DNA of 64,000 nucleotides. Source: Mobula hypostoma. Lineage: Eukaryota. Numbering within the stretch: the first letter of the stretch is position 1; every line of letters starts with the position of its first letter. Both the position numbers and the translations under genes were made by a program. The notes below the pieces were generated by a model. The model made no database searches. It saw nothing but the letters and a program-made list of their open reading frames with translations, and had not been told where the DNA came from. Shown here in pieces: positions 13,150 through 23,509 of the stretch. The stretch is taken from the NCBI RefSeq assembly GCF_963921235.1, contig NC_086097.1, positions 200,014,001 to 200,078,000 of the forward strand. The letters are read 5' to 3'.

Positions 13150-16100
13150 CTCTGGCTCTCTGCTTGCTCTGAACCATTTCGTCTCAAATTGTCAATGAGA
13201 CATCAGCTGTCTTGACTTCAGCACTCTCTCTCCTCTTTGAACCTTACCTCCGCTGGATGCTCTGCCCTCCACTCGCTCCACACCAATCCCAACCATCAAA
13301 CCTGCAGACAAATGGGATGCTGCTGTAGTGTGGTGCTCTGACCTCTACCTTGCTGAGGCCAGGCAGCAGCTCTCAAACACCTCCTCATACCTACCCCTTG
13401 AAGAGAACTCACTCTGGACCATCAGAAAACTGTCTCCAACACGATCATTGACCTCATCATTTCTGGAGAACTCCTATGCACTGCCAGCAAGCTCATAGTT
13501 TCCTTAGCCTGCACTGCCTGCTTCTACCTCCTACCCAAGATCCACAAATTGAACTGTCCAGGTAGACTTATTCTCTATGTCTGCTCCTGCCCCACTGAAC
13601 TCGTGTCCTTATAACTTAATCCATTCTATCCCCCTTGGCTCAATCCCTTCCCACCTATATCCACAACATTTCTTATGGCCTCAATCTCCTCAGTAACTTT
13701 CAATTCCCTGGCACTGACTGGCTTGTTTTCACCATGGATGTCCAGTGACAATACACACCTATCCTCTATCAAGAAAGCCTTAAAGCTCTCTGCTTCTTTC
13801 TTAATAAAAGAACCAAACAATTCCCGTGCAACACCAACCTCCCTCGTCCAGCGGAACTGGTCCGCAGCCTCAACCGTTTTTCCTTTGGCTCCTCCCCTTT
13901 CTCCAGACTCAAGGGCTAGCCATGGGCTACAGCTATGCCTGCCTCTTCACTGGCTATGTAAAATAGTCCATGTTCTGAGCCTTCCCCGGTAATACACTTC
14001 AACTCTTCCTCTATCTAATTGACAACTGCATTGGTGCTGCTTCATGCACCCTTGTTGAGCTCATCAATTTCATCAACTTTGCCTCCAACTTCCACCCTGC
14101 CCTTAACTTCACTTGGTCTATCTCTGGCACCACCTATACCATCCCCGCCACCCTTGACCTGTCTGTCTCCACCGCTGGAGACAAACTATCAACTGACATC
14201 TTTATAAACTTATCGATCCACATAGTTATCTTGACTATACCTCTTCCCACCCTATCTCCTGTAAAAATGCTATTCCCTTTTCACAGTTCCTTCGTCTCCA
14301 CTGCACCTCTTCCCAGGACACAGCTTTCCATTCCAGGACATCAGGGATGTCCTCCTTCTTCAAAGAATGGAGTTTCCCTCCTTCCACTATTGACATTGCT
14401 CTCATCCGCATCTCCTCCATTACCCATACATTCGTGCTCACCTCATCTTTCTGCAGCTTTAATAGTGATAGAGCACTTCTTATCTACCAACCAGCACATC
14501 ATCCTCCACAACTTCTGCCATCTCCAAAGGGATCCTACCACTAAACATATCTTCTCTTCCCCACCTCTCCATTTTCCACAGGGATTGCTCCCTCTGCGAT
14601 TCCCTTGTCCATTCATCACTCCCCACTAATCTCCCTCCCGGCACTTTCCCTGCAAGCAGCGCAAGTGTTACACCTGCCCATACGCCTCCTCCCTCACCTC
14701 CATTCGGGGCCCAAACAGTCCCTCCAGGTGAGACAACACTTCACCAGCGCATTATCCATTGTGTCCAGTTCTCCCCATGTGGCCTCCTCTGCGTTGGTGA
14801 GACTTGTCTTAAATTAGTGTTGGCTCCATCAAGCACTTCCTCTCCATCTGCCGAAAGTGGAACTTCCTGGTGGGTGGCCAAATATTTTATTTTCCATTCC
14901 CATTTCCATTCTGGAATGTGAGTTCATGGCCCTCTCTTCTGGAGGAGCAACACTTTATATTCTATTTGGGTAACCTCCAACCTGATGGCATGATATTGAT
15001 TTCTCCTTCCAGTAAAGATGGATTGCAGCAACTTCTACAGGGTCAACAAAAGGTGCCATAGACCTTTTTAAACGTATTTTATATGATTGGAAACTCTTGC
15101 TGCACATTAAGAACTTAAGGTATTGCAGCTCTACCCCATCAGCAAGTTGCTTATTAGCAGAGAAACTGAAGGAGCTGTGTATCATACTGCTGCCTGAATT
15201 GAAGGAAGTGTACAGTCTAATAGCGAGTAACCATCTTGGTCACTTTTCTTGCAGTCACAAGACCCTTTTAGACATTGTCAATGTGGATTGCCACAAGTTC
15301 GATTCACGGATTTATTGGTGGAGAGCGGGGGCAAACGGCAGGGGAGCTATTTGGTCTCGGTTGTAATGAAGACCAGGCCTCAAGCTGTGGTGTCAACTGC
15401 TTACAGCCTCCAAGAGAGAGGCATCAGAGCTGGTGTGCTCCACCCGGGCAGGCTGGATTTGGTGCTGCCCCCCAACACCCCGTGTTCGCTTGACAAAAGA
15501 TAATCTGCATCGTGATCGAGCGCAGATTTCTGCGGCATTCATGGACTCAGGGTCAGGACAATTTTTTTTTGTATGGTTATATTTTACTGATATCTTATAT
15601 GTGTTTGTTATTTCGTACGTGTGAGAACTAGGCCTCAAGCAGCAATGTCGCTTGTTTACAGGTACCAGGAGAGAGGCGTCAGAGCCAGTGGTCGCCATCA
15701 GCGGTGTTGTGGCACAGCATCCAGTCTGGAGTCAGTGCCGCCCCCCCCAGTGTTCACTCAGCAGAAGACTGCAGATTTCTGCGGCATTCATGGCTCAGGA
15801 CTGGACTACTTTTTTAGAGTGGCTGTATCTTACTGACTGTTGGTACCTTGGCCCTAGAGTAACGCTATTTAGTTGACTGTATTCATGGGTATTCATGTAT
15901 GATTGAGCGGCAATTGAACTTGAACTGAATTGAAAATTCTTTTCCCTCTGCCTCCCTTCTTCCTCTATTCCCCAGTCTGTCCTTTTACCTCTTCCCATCT
16001 GTGTATCTTTTCCCCGGGTCCCTTCTCTCCTGTGATCCACTCTCCTCTCCTATCAGATTCTTTCTTCTCCAGCCTTTTACCTTACCCATCCACCTGGCTT

Positions 16101-16275
16101 TCCTAATCACCTTCCAGCTAGCCTCCTTCCCCTGCCCCCAACTATTTACTTAAATGTCTTCCCCCTCCATTTTCAGACCTAATGAAGGTTCTTGTCCAAC
16201 ACCTCAACTGTTTATTCATTTCCTTTGATGCTGCCTGACCTGCTGGGATCCTCCAGCATTTTGTGTGCTTTGCAA
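13150..16275 (+). mobile_element. Penelope-like element, degenerate RT + GIY-YIG, interrupted at ~15012-15930
   Basis: Remnant motifs IKPADK (13296), FYLLPKIHK (13521), FTMDVQ (13727) and a GIY-YIG-like CGLLCVGET (14779); terminal 'gatgctgcctgacctgctg...ccagcattttgtgtg' at ~16228-16268. Confidence 0.8.
15012..15934 (+). mobile_element. Non-autonomous retroelement with ~255-bp internal tandem duplication
   Basis: Starts 'gtaaagatgg' and ends 'ttgaacttgaactgaattgaa'; units ~15371-15620 and ~15625-15845 share 'aggcctcaagc', 'gagagaggc.tcagagc' and 'cagatttctgcggcattcatgg'. Confidence 0.6.
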
Positions 16276-16664
16276 TAGTTCAACATTGGTAGTATTGGTA
16301 GCTTATCACCAAGATACCACATGTCATCATCATTCTAGAAAACAACGTTAAACACAGTGAATTCTTTTGAATATATGCAAACACAAGAATCTTGGATGTG
16401 CAAAAATTGAGCACTGATGTTAAATCATGAAGACTAACTCATGAATTGCATTCGATAAAGTTTTGATGTCCCTTATTATTGAAATTTATACTGCCTTCAG
16501 ATATGTTTTCTGCAGGCATTTAAAAGATGATAAAAAATACAACAGATTTTACAGAAAGCAAACACTACATAAGCAAAGACTGATAAACCAACCAAATACA
16601 AGAACCATTGTGGAAAATGTGATAGATCTCCTGAAAGTGAGATTTTGGTGCCTATGTCAGTCTT

Positions 16665-18560
16665 AGAGTCATAGAGCCATAGAAAAGTACAGCACAGAAA
16701 CAACTCTTTGGCCAAGCTAGTCCATGCCAGACCATTGAAACTGCCCACTCCCATCCACCTGCACTGGGACCACAGCCCTCCATACCCCTGCCATCCATGT
16801 GCCTGTCCACATTTTTCTTAAACATTTAAATTGAGCGCACATGCACCACCTGCACTGGTAGTTTGTCCCACACTCCCACAGCCCTTGAAGTGAAGAAGTT
16901 TCCCCTCATGTTTCCCTTAAACTTTTCATCTTTTACCCTTAAGTGATGACCTCTGGTTGTAGTCCCACCCAACCTCAGTGGAAAAAGCCTACTTACATTT
17001 ACCCTATCTATATCTCTCATAATTTTGTATACTTCTATCAAATCTCCCCTCAATTTTTGGCATTCCAAGGAATAAAATCCTAACCTATTCAATCTATCCT
17101 TATAACTCAGTTCCTCCAGTCTTGGCAACATACTTGTGAATTTTTCTCTGTACCCTTTCAATTTTATTTACATCTTTTCTGTATGTAGGTGACCAAAACT
17201 GCACACAATGCTCCAAATTAGATCTCACTAACATTTCATATAACTTCAACATAACATTCAATCTCCTGTACTCAGTACTTTGATTTATGAAAGTCAAAGT
17301 CCAGAAGTTTTCTTTAGGACCCTATCTTCCTGTGCCGATACTTTCAATGAATTAAGGACCTGTATTCCCAGATCTCTTTCTTCTACCACACTTCTCAGTT
17401 CCCTGTAGTTCAGTGTGTAAGATCCACCCTGGTTGGACCTACTGAAGTGCAACCCCTTGGACTTTTCTACATTGAATTCCATCTGCTACTTTTCAGCTGA
17501 ATGTTCCAGCTGGTCTAGATCCCACTGCAAGTTCTAATAGTCTTCCTCGAAGACCACTACACTCTCAATCTTGATGTCATCTGCAAATTTGTTGATCCAG
17601 TTAACCACATTATCATCTGGTTCATTGATACAGATGACAAGCAACAAAAGTCCAGCACCAATCCCTGCGGCACTCCACTAATCACAGCCCTCTATTCTGA
17701 GAGGCAACCCTTTACTACCACTCTCTGGCTTCTCCCACACAACTAATGTCTAATCCAATTTACTACTTCAGCTCGAATGCATCAAACTCTCATGTGGGAC
17801 ATTGTCAAGTGCCTAGCTAAAGCCCATGTAGGTAACATCCACTGCCTTGCCTTTATCTATTTTCCTGGTATCTTCCTTGAAAAACTCTATAAGATTGGTT
17901 AGACATGTTCTACCATGCACAAAGCCATGCAGACTATCTTGTCACTATTCCTAGCTATCTCACTGGTACCTACATGGACCATGATCTCTGGCTGCTCACT
18001 CTCCCACTTAAGAATGCTGAGGACTTGCTCAGAGATGCCCCAGATTCTGGCACATGGGAGGCAACATAACCAGCTGGGAATCTTGTTGTCATCCACAGAA
18101 CCTCCTTTCTGTTTCCCTAACTAATGGCTTCCCTATCATCGCAGTTCACCTCTTCTCCATCTCTTCGCTTCTGAGTTACAGAGACAGAGGCCTGATCGCT
18201 GTAACTTCCCTGTTAGGTCACCCTCCCCTCAGTGGTCATCAAAGTGGTACACCTGCTATTGAGGGAGATAGCCACAAGTAGTATCTTATACTGGCTATTT
18301 AATCCCTTACCCCTTTCTGACTGTCATGCGGTCTCCTGTGTCATTCTGTTGAGTATAATTACCTCACCATATGTCCTATTTATCATCCCCTCAGTCTCCT
18401 GAATAAACTGCTGTTCATCCAATTCCAACTCCATCCCTTTAACATGGAGTGTTAGAAGCTGCAGCTGGATGCACTTCGTGCAGGTGAAGTTGTCAGGGAC
18501 ACTGGCGGTCTCCCTTTCTTTCCACATCCAACAAGAGGATCATTCAACTATCCTGCCTGG
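16665..18560 (-). mobile_element. CR1 LINE with ORF1 N-terminus fused to the RT half by a large internal deletion
   Basis: ORF1 zinc-finger/coiled coil (VPDNFTCTKCIQLQLL...ELELDE, 18324-18527) and esterase (VHVGTSEIA) join at ~17938 directly to ORF2 'DS.HGF'; RT C-terminus and tail extend to ~16665. Confidence 0.8.
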
Positions 18561-18699
18561 TATCCCTACTGTTCTAACGGTGCAAATAGAAAGAAGGAAA
18601 TAATAAATAGACTGGAAAAAATGTACTTACGGCTTTTTTGCCTGATCTCACTCAAGCCTCTTCCTTGCTGAATCCTCAAATAACCACTCTAGTACTATC

Positions 18700-18990
18700 T
18701 GCAGTACTCTCTTGCCTCCAGCTGACACCTCGCAGCCTCTGTCACTTAGTTCAACTCATCCCTCCTCCATCTGCCAATCATCCCGCCTGACCTTGCTCCA
18801 TCTATCACTAGCCAGCTCTAGCCACATCCCTTCCCCTCACCTCTTTATATTGGCTGCCTCCCCTTTACACTTACAGTTCAGATGTAGGATCTCAACCCAA
18901 AATATCAACTATCCTTTTCCCTTTACTGTTGCTCTCTAACCTGCTGAGTTCCTCCAGCAGTTCGATTTTTTTTGTTCCAGCCACTGCCAT
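18700..18990 (+). mobile_element. Penelope-like terminal fragment
   Basis: 'acctgctgagttcctccagcag' terminal motif, with a decayed hammerhead-like segment at ~18875-18910. Confidence 0.55.
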
Positions 18991-19309
18991 TTATAGTATC
19001 CTCTGTCTTTGTCATCAAAGAATACTGTGTACTTTCGGTGACAAAACAGCACACTCTTTGGGAGGAAAGTGTTGCAGAGCTGCAGATACGCATATGTTTA
19101 TTTTAATTAATGTTACCAAGTGAGGCAGACATTGTGCTATGATGGAACAAAATGCTACAACAGGAGTCCGTTACAGAAATGCCTGCAGAGGCAATCTGGG
19201 ATTGTGAAAAAAGAGCTACAAAGCAATCCAACAAGCTGGCCAGACTTTCAGACCAGCATGAGGTTTGGGGTTAATGAAAGACAATCTACTATCACCTGAT
19301 CATCAGCCC

Positions 19310-19636
19310 GATGACATAGGTAGGAAAAGGGATGAGGTCCTGAAAGGAGAATATAGGGAGTTAGGAAGGGAGTTGAGAAAAAGAACCGCAAAGGTAGTAA
19401 TCTCGGGATAACTGCCTGTGCCACGCGACAGTGAGAGTAGGAATGCGATGAGGTGGAGGATAAATGCGTGGCTGAGGGATTGGAGCAGGGGGCAGGGATT
19501 CAAGTTTTTGGATCATTGGGACCTCTTTTGGCGCAGGCGTGACCTGTACAAAAAGGATGGGTTACACTTGAATCCTAGGGGGACCAATATCCTGGCAGGG
19601 AGATTAGCGAGGGCTACTGAGGTGACTTTAAACTAG
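19310..19636 (+). CDS. CR1 ORF1 C-terminal SGNH/GDSL esterase-like domain (partial)
   Basis: DIGRKRDEVL...FLDHWDLF...DGLHLNPRG...TLN*; the DGLH catalytic block is typical of CR1 ORF1 esterase. Contains one internal TAA near 19409. Confidence 0.85.
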
Positions 19637-22600
19637 AATGGTTGGGGGGTGGGAATCAAATTAAAGAGGCTAGGCGAGAGGAGGTTAGTTCACAACAGGG
19701 GGATGGGAACCAGTGCAGAGAGACAGAGGGGTGTAAAGTGAGGGTAGAAGCAAAAAGTACTAAGGAGAAGAGTAAAAGTGGCAGGCCGACAAATCCAGGG
19801 CAAGCATTAAAAAGGGCTACTTTTCAACATAATTGTATAAGGGCTAAGAGAGTTGTAAAAGAGCGCCTGAAGGCTTTGTGTGTCAATGCAAGGAGCATCC
19901 GTAATAAGGTGGATGAATTGAAAGTGCAAATTGTTATTAATGATTATGATATAGTTGGGATTACAGAGACATGGCTCCAGGGTGACCAAGGATGGGAGCT
20001 CAACGTTCAGGGATATTCAATATTCAGGAGGGATAGACATGAAGGAAGGGGAGGTGGGGTGGCGTTGCTGGTTAAAGAAGAGATTAACGCAATAGAAAGG
20101 AAGGACATAAACCGGGAAGATGTGGAATCGATATGGGTAGAGCTGCGTAACACTAAGGGGCAGAAGACGCTGGTGGGAGTTGTGTACAGGCCACCTAACA
20201 GTGGTAGTGAGGTCGGAGATGGTATTAAACAGGAAATTAGAAATGTGTGCAATAAAGGAACAGCAGTTATAATGGGTGACTTCAATCTACATGTAGATTG
20301 GGTGAACCAAATTGGTAAAGGTGCTGAGGAAGAGGATTTCTTGGAATGTATGCGGGATGGTTTTTTGAACCAACATGTCGAGGAACCAACTAGAGAGCAG
20401 GCTATTCTGGACTGGGTTTTGAGCAATGAGGAAGGGTTAATTAGCGATCTTGTCGTGAGAGGCCCCTTCGGTAAGAGTGACCATAATATGGTGGAATTCT
20501 TCATTAAGATGGAGAGTGACATAGTTAATTCAGAAACAAAGGTTCTGAACTTAAAGAGGGGTAACTTTGAAGGTATGAGACGTGAATTAGCTAAGATAGA
20601 CTGGCAAATGACACTTAAAGGATTGACGGTGGATATGCAATGGCAAGCATTTAAAGGTTGCATGGATGAACTACAACAATTGTTCATCCCAGTTTGGCAA
20701 AAGAATAAATCAAGGAAGGTAGTGCACCCGTGGCTGACAAGAGAAATTGGGGATAGTATCAATTCCAAAGAAGAAGCATACAAATTAGCCAGAGAAAGTG
20801 GCTCAACTGAGGACTGGGAGAAATTCAGAGTTCAGCAGAGGAGGACAAAGGGCTTAATTAGGAAGGGGAAAAAAGATTATGAGAGAAAACTGGCAGGGAA
20901 CATAAAAACTGACTGTAAAAGCTTTTATAGATATGTAAAAAGGAAAAGACTGGTAAAGACAAATGTAGGTCCCCTACAGACAGAAACAGGTGAATTGATT
21001 ATGGGGAGCAAGGACATGGCAGACCAATTGAATAATTATTTTGGTTCTGTCTTCACTAAGGAGCACATAAATAATCTTCCAGAAATAGTAGGGGACAGAG
21101 GGTCCAGTGTGATGGAGGAACTGAGTGAAACACTTGTTAGTAGGGAAGTGGTGTTAGGTAAATTGAAGGGATTGAAGGCAGATAAATCCCCAGGGCCAGA
21201 TGGTCTGCATCCTAGAGTGCTTAAGGAAGTAGCCCAAGAAATAGTGGATGCATTAGTGATAATTTTTCAAAACTCGTTAGATTCTGGACTAGTTCCTGAG
21301 GATTGGAGGGTGGCTAATGTAACCCCACTTTTTAAAAAAGGAGGGAGAGAGAAACCGGGGAATTATAGACCAGTTAGCCTAACGTCGGTGGTGGGGAAAC
21401 TGCTGGAGTCAGTTATCAAAGATGTGATAACAGCACATTTGGAAAGCAGTGAAATCATCGGACAAAGTCAGCATGGATTTGTGAAAGGAAAATCATGTCT
21501 GACGAATCTCATAGAGTTTTTTGAGGATGTAACCAGTAGAGTGGATAGGGGAGAACCAGTGGATGTGGTATATTTGGATTTTCCAAAGGTTTTTGACAAG
21601 GTCCCACACAGGAGATTAGTGTGCAAACTTAAAGCACACGGTATTGGGGGTAAGGTATTGATGTGGATGGAGAATTGGTTAGCAGATAGGAAGCAAAGAG
21701 TGGGAATAAACGGGACCTTTTCAGAATGGCAGGCGGTGACTAGTGGGGTACCGCAAGGCTCAGTGCTGGGACCCCAGTTGTTTACAATATATATTAATGA
21801 CTTGGATGAGGGAATTAAATGCAGCATCTCCAAGTTTGCGGATGACACGAAGCTGGGTGGCAGTGTTAGCTGTGAGGAGGATGCTAAGAGGATGCAGAGT
21901 GACTTGGATAGGTTGGGTGAGTGGGCAAATTCATGGCAGATGCAATTTAATGTGGATAAATGTGAAGTTATCCACTTTGGTGGCAAAAACAGGAAAACAG
22001 ATTATTATCTGAATGGTGGCCGACTAGGAAAAGGGGAGGTGCAACGAAACCTGGGTGTCATTGTACACCAGTCATTGAAAGTGGGCATGCAGGTACAGCA
22101 GGCGGTGAAAAAGGCAAATGGTATGCTGGCATTTATAGCAAGAGGATTCGAGTACAGGAGCAGGGAGGTACTACAGCAGATGTACAAGGCCTTGGTGAGA
22201 CCACACCTGGAGTATTGTGTGCAGTTTTGGTCCCCTAATCTGAGGAAAGACATCCTTGCCATAGAGGGAGTACAAAGAAGGTTCACCAGATTGATTCCTG
22301 GGATGGCAGGACTTTCATATGAAGAAAGACTGGATGAACTGAGCTTGTACTCGTTGGAATTTAGAAGATTGAGGGAGGATCTGATTGAAACGTATAAAAT
22401 CCTAAAGGGATTGGACAGGCTAGATGCAGGAAGATTGTTCCCGATGTTGGGGAAGTCCAGAACAAGGGGTCACAGTTTGAGGATAAAGGGGAAGCCTTTT
22501 AGGACAAAGATTAGGAAAAACTTCTTCACACAGAGAGTGGTGAATCTGTGGAATTCTCTGCCACAGGAAACGGTTGAGGCCAGTTCATTGGCTATATTTA

Positions 22601-22765
22601 AGAGGGAGTTAGATGGCCCTTGTGGCTACGGGGATCAGGGGGTATGGAGGGAAGGCTGGGGCGGGGTTCTGAGTTGGATGATCAGCCATGATCATAATAA
22701 ATGGTGGTGCAGGCTCGAAGGGTCGAATGGCCTACTCCTGCACCTATTTTCTATGTTTCTATGTT
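19310..22765 (+). mobile_element. Young CR1 LINE (copy A), 5'-truncated within ORF1, nearly intact ORF2
   Basis: ORF1 SGNH esterase C-terminus, 1041-codon open ORF2 frame, CR1 3' UTR and (TTTCTATG)n tail. Confidence 0.95.
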
Positions 22766-22767
22766 AA
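19621..22767 (+). CDS. CR1 ORF2: APE endonuclease + reverse transcriptase
   Basis: EN motifs NARS, GITETW, GVVYRPP, MGDFN, SDHN; RT motifs [29 protein letters not shown]. The frame opens after TGA at 19618-19620. A 2-bp deletion near 22613 (gatggccc vs gatatggccc in sister copies) frameshifts the last ~15 native codons; YLDFPKVFD differs from YLDFQKAFD in the sisters. Confidence 0.93.
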   Translation, partial: GDFKLEWLGGGNQIKEARREEVSSQQGDGNQCRETEGCKVRVEAKSTKEKSKSGRPTNPGQALKRATFQHNCIRAKRVVKERLKALCVNARSIRNKVDELKVQIVINDYDIVGITETWLQGDQGWELNVQGYSIFRRDRHEGRGGGVALLVKEEINAIERKDINREDVESIWVELRNTKGQKTLVGVVYRPPNSGSEVGDGIKQEIRNVCNKGTAVIMGDFNLHVDWVNQIGKGAEEEDFLECMRDGFLNQHVEEPTREQAILDWVLSNEEGLISDLVVRGPFGKSDHNMVEFFIKMESDIVNSETKVLNLKRGNFEGMRRELAKIDWQMTLKGLTVDMQWQAFKGCMDELQQLFIPVWQKNKSRKVVHPWLTREIGDSINSKEEAYKLARESGSTEDWEKFRVQQRRTKGLIRKGKKDYERKLAGNIKTDCKSFYRYVKRKRLVKTNVGPLQTETGELIMGSKDMADQLNNYFGSVFTKEHINNLPEIVGDRGSSVMEELSETLVSREVVLGKLKGLKADKSPGPDGLHPRVLKEVAQEIVDALVIIFQNSLDSGLVPEDWRVANVTPLFKKGGREKPGNYRPVSLTSVVGKLLESVIKDVITAHLESSEIIGQSQHGFVKGKSCLTNLIEFFEDVTSRVDRGEPVDVVYLDFPKVFDKVPHRRLVCKLKAHGIGGKVLMWMENWLADRKQRVGINGTFSEWQAVTSGVPQGSVLGPQLFTIYINDLDEGIKCSISKFADDTKLGGSVSCEEDAKRMQSDLDRLGEWANSWQMQFNVDKCEVIHFGGKNRKTDYYLNGGRLGKGEVQRNLGVIVHQSLKVGMQVQQAVKKANGMLAFIARGFEYRSREVLQQMYKALVRPHLEYCVQFWSPNLRKDILAIEGVQRRFTRLIPGMAGLSYEERLDELSLYSLEFRRLREDLIETYKILKGLDRLDAGRLFPMLGKSRTRGHSLRIKGKPFRTKIRKNFFTQRVVNLWNSLPQETVEASSLAIFKRELDGPCGYGDQGVWREGWGGVLSWMISHDHNKWWCRLEGSNGLLLHLFSMFLC

Positions 22768-23509
22768 CCTGACTGGAGCAATGAGCTGGCCACAAACAGC
22801 TAGGGCTAGCAGGTCAAAAGAATCTATTCAACCTGTCTGAGAGTCAGTTCACAGAGATTTCAGAACCAGAGCCCACAAACAGGGTATAAAGCAAAAGGGC
22901 CAGGATGGAGGAGATCTGCTGTAGAAGATAAATTCAGTTGTGTTTGACACATACAACACCAATTGAAAAGATGGAGCAGCACTGATTCTGACGATTCCAT
23001 TCAGCAATTCTGTACAAATAAAAAGTCTTTAAGCTGGACACGGGTACAGAATTGCTGAATAGATTGAGTTGAATAAGATACTTTAAGGAAGAACTGCACT
23101 GTAATGTGGAAGCCTGTCAAAACATTTTGCTGACAAGAAGGTGCCACCTATGCATACATGTATTTGTGCATATGATGATAAAGTCAACTTTGACTTTATA
23201 AGGGATGTAATAGCAAACATGGGCATACTGATATAAGTCCAATACTCTGCAGTCAAAGTGCGGCAAGGCAGACTAAAAGTAGTCATAGCAAAGTTGAAAG
23301 CCTTGAGGCAAGCTAGAGAGGGAAAGTTACAAGACTTTGCTTCTAATTCTACTACGTTTCAACAAAAGGTAAATCTCAGATGCCCTACAAAAAGTAAAGT
23401 CTGTTGAAAGAACGTTTTGATGTCTGCAGGTATTGTTAACCATATTGCCACTTAATTCGCTGGACTTGTTTGGAAGATGAGGATGGCGTGCATGTTACAG
23501 CAGAAGAAC

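Noticed and set aside
20007..22286. Long antisense ORFs (258, 172 and 93 aa) opposite CR1 ORF2, with equivalents in other copies
   Set aside because: Shadow ORFs of the RT coding strand, repeated only because the elements are homologous; no independent motif.
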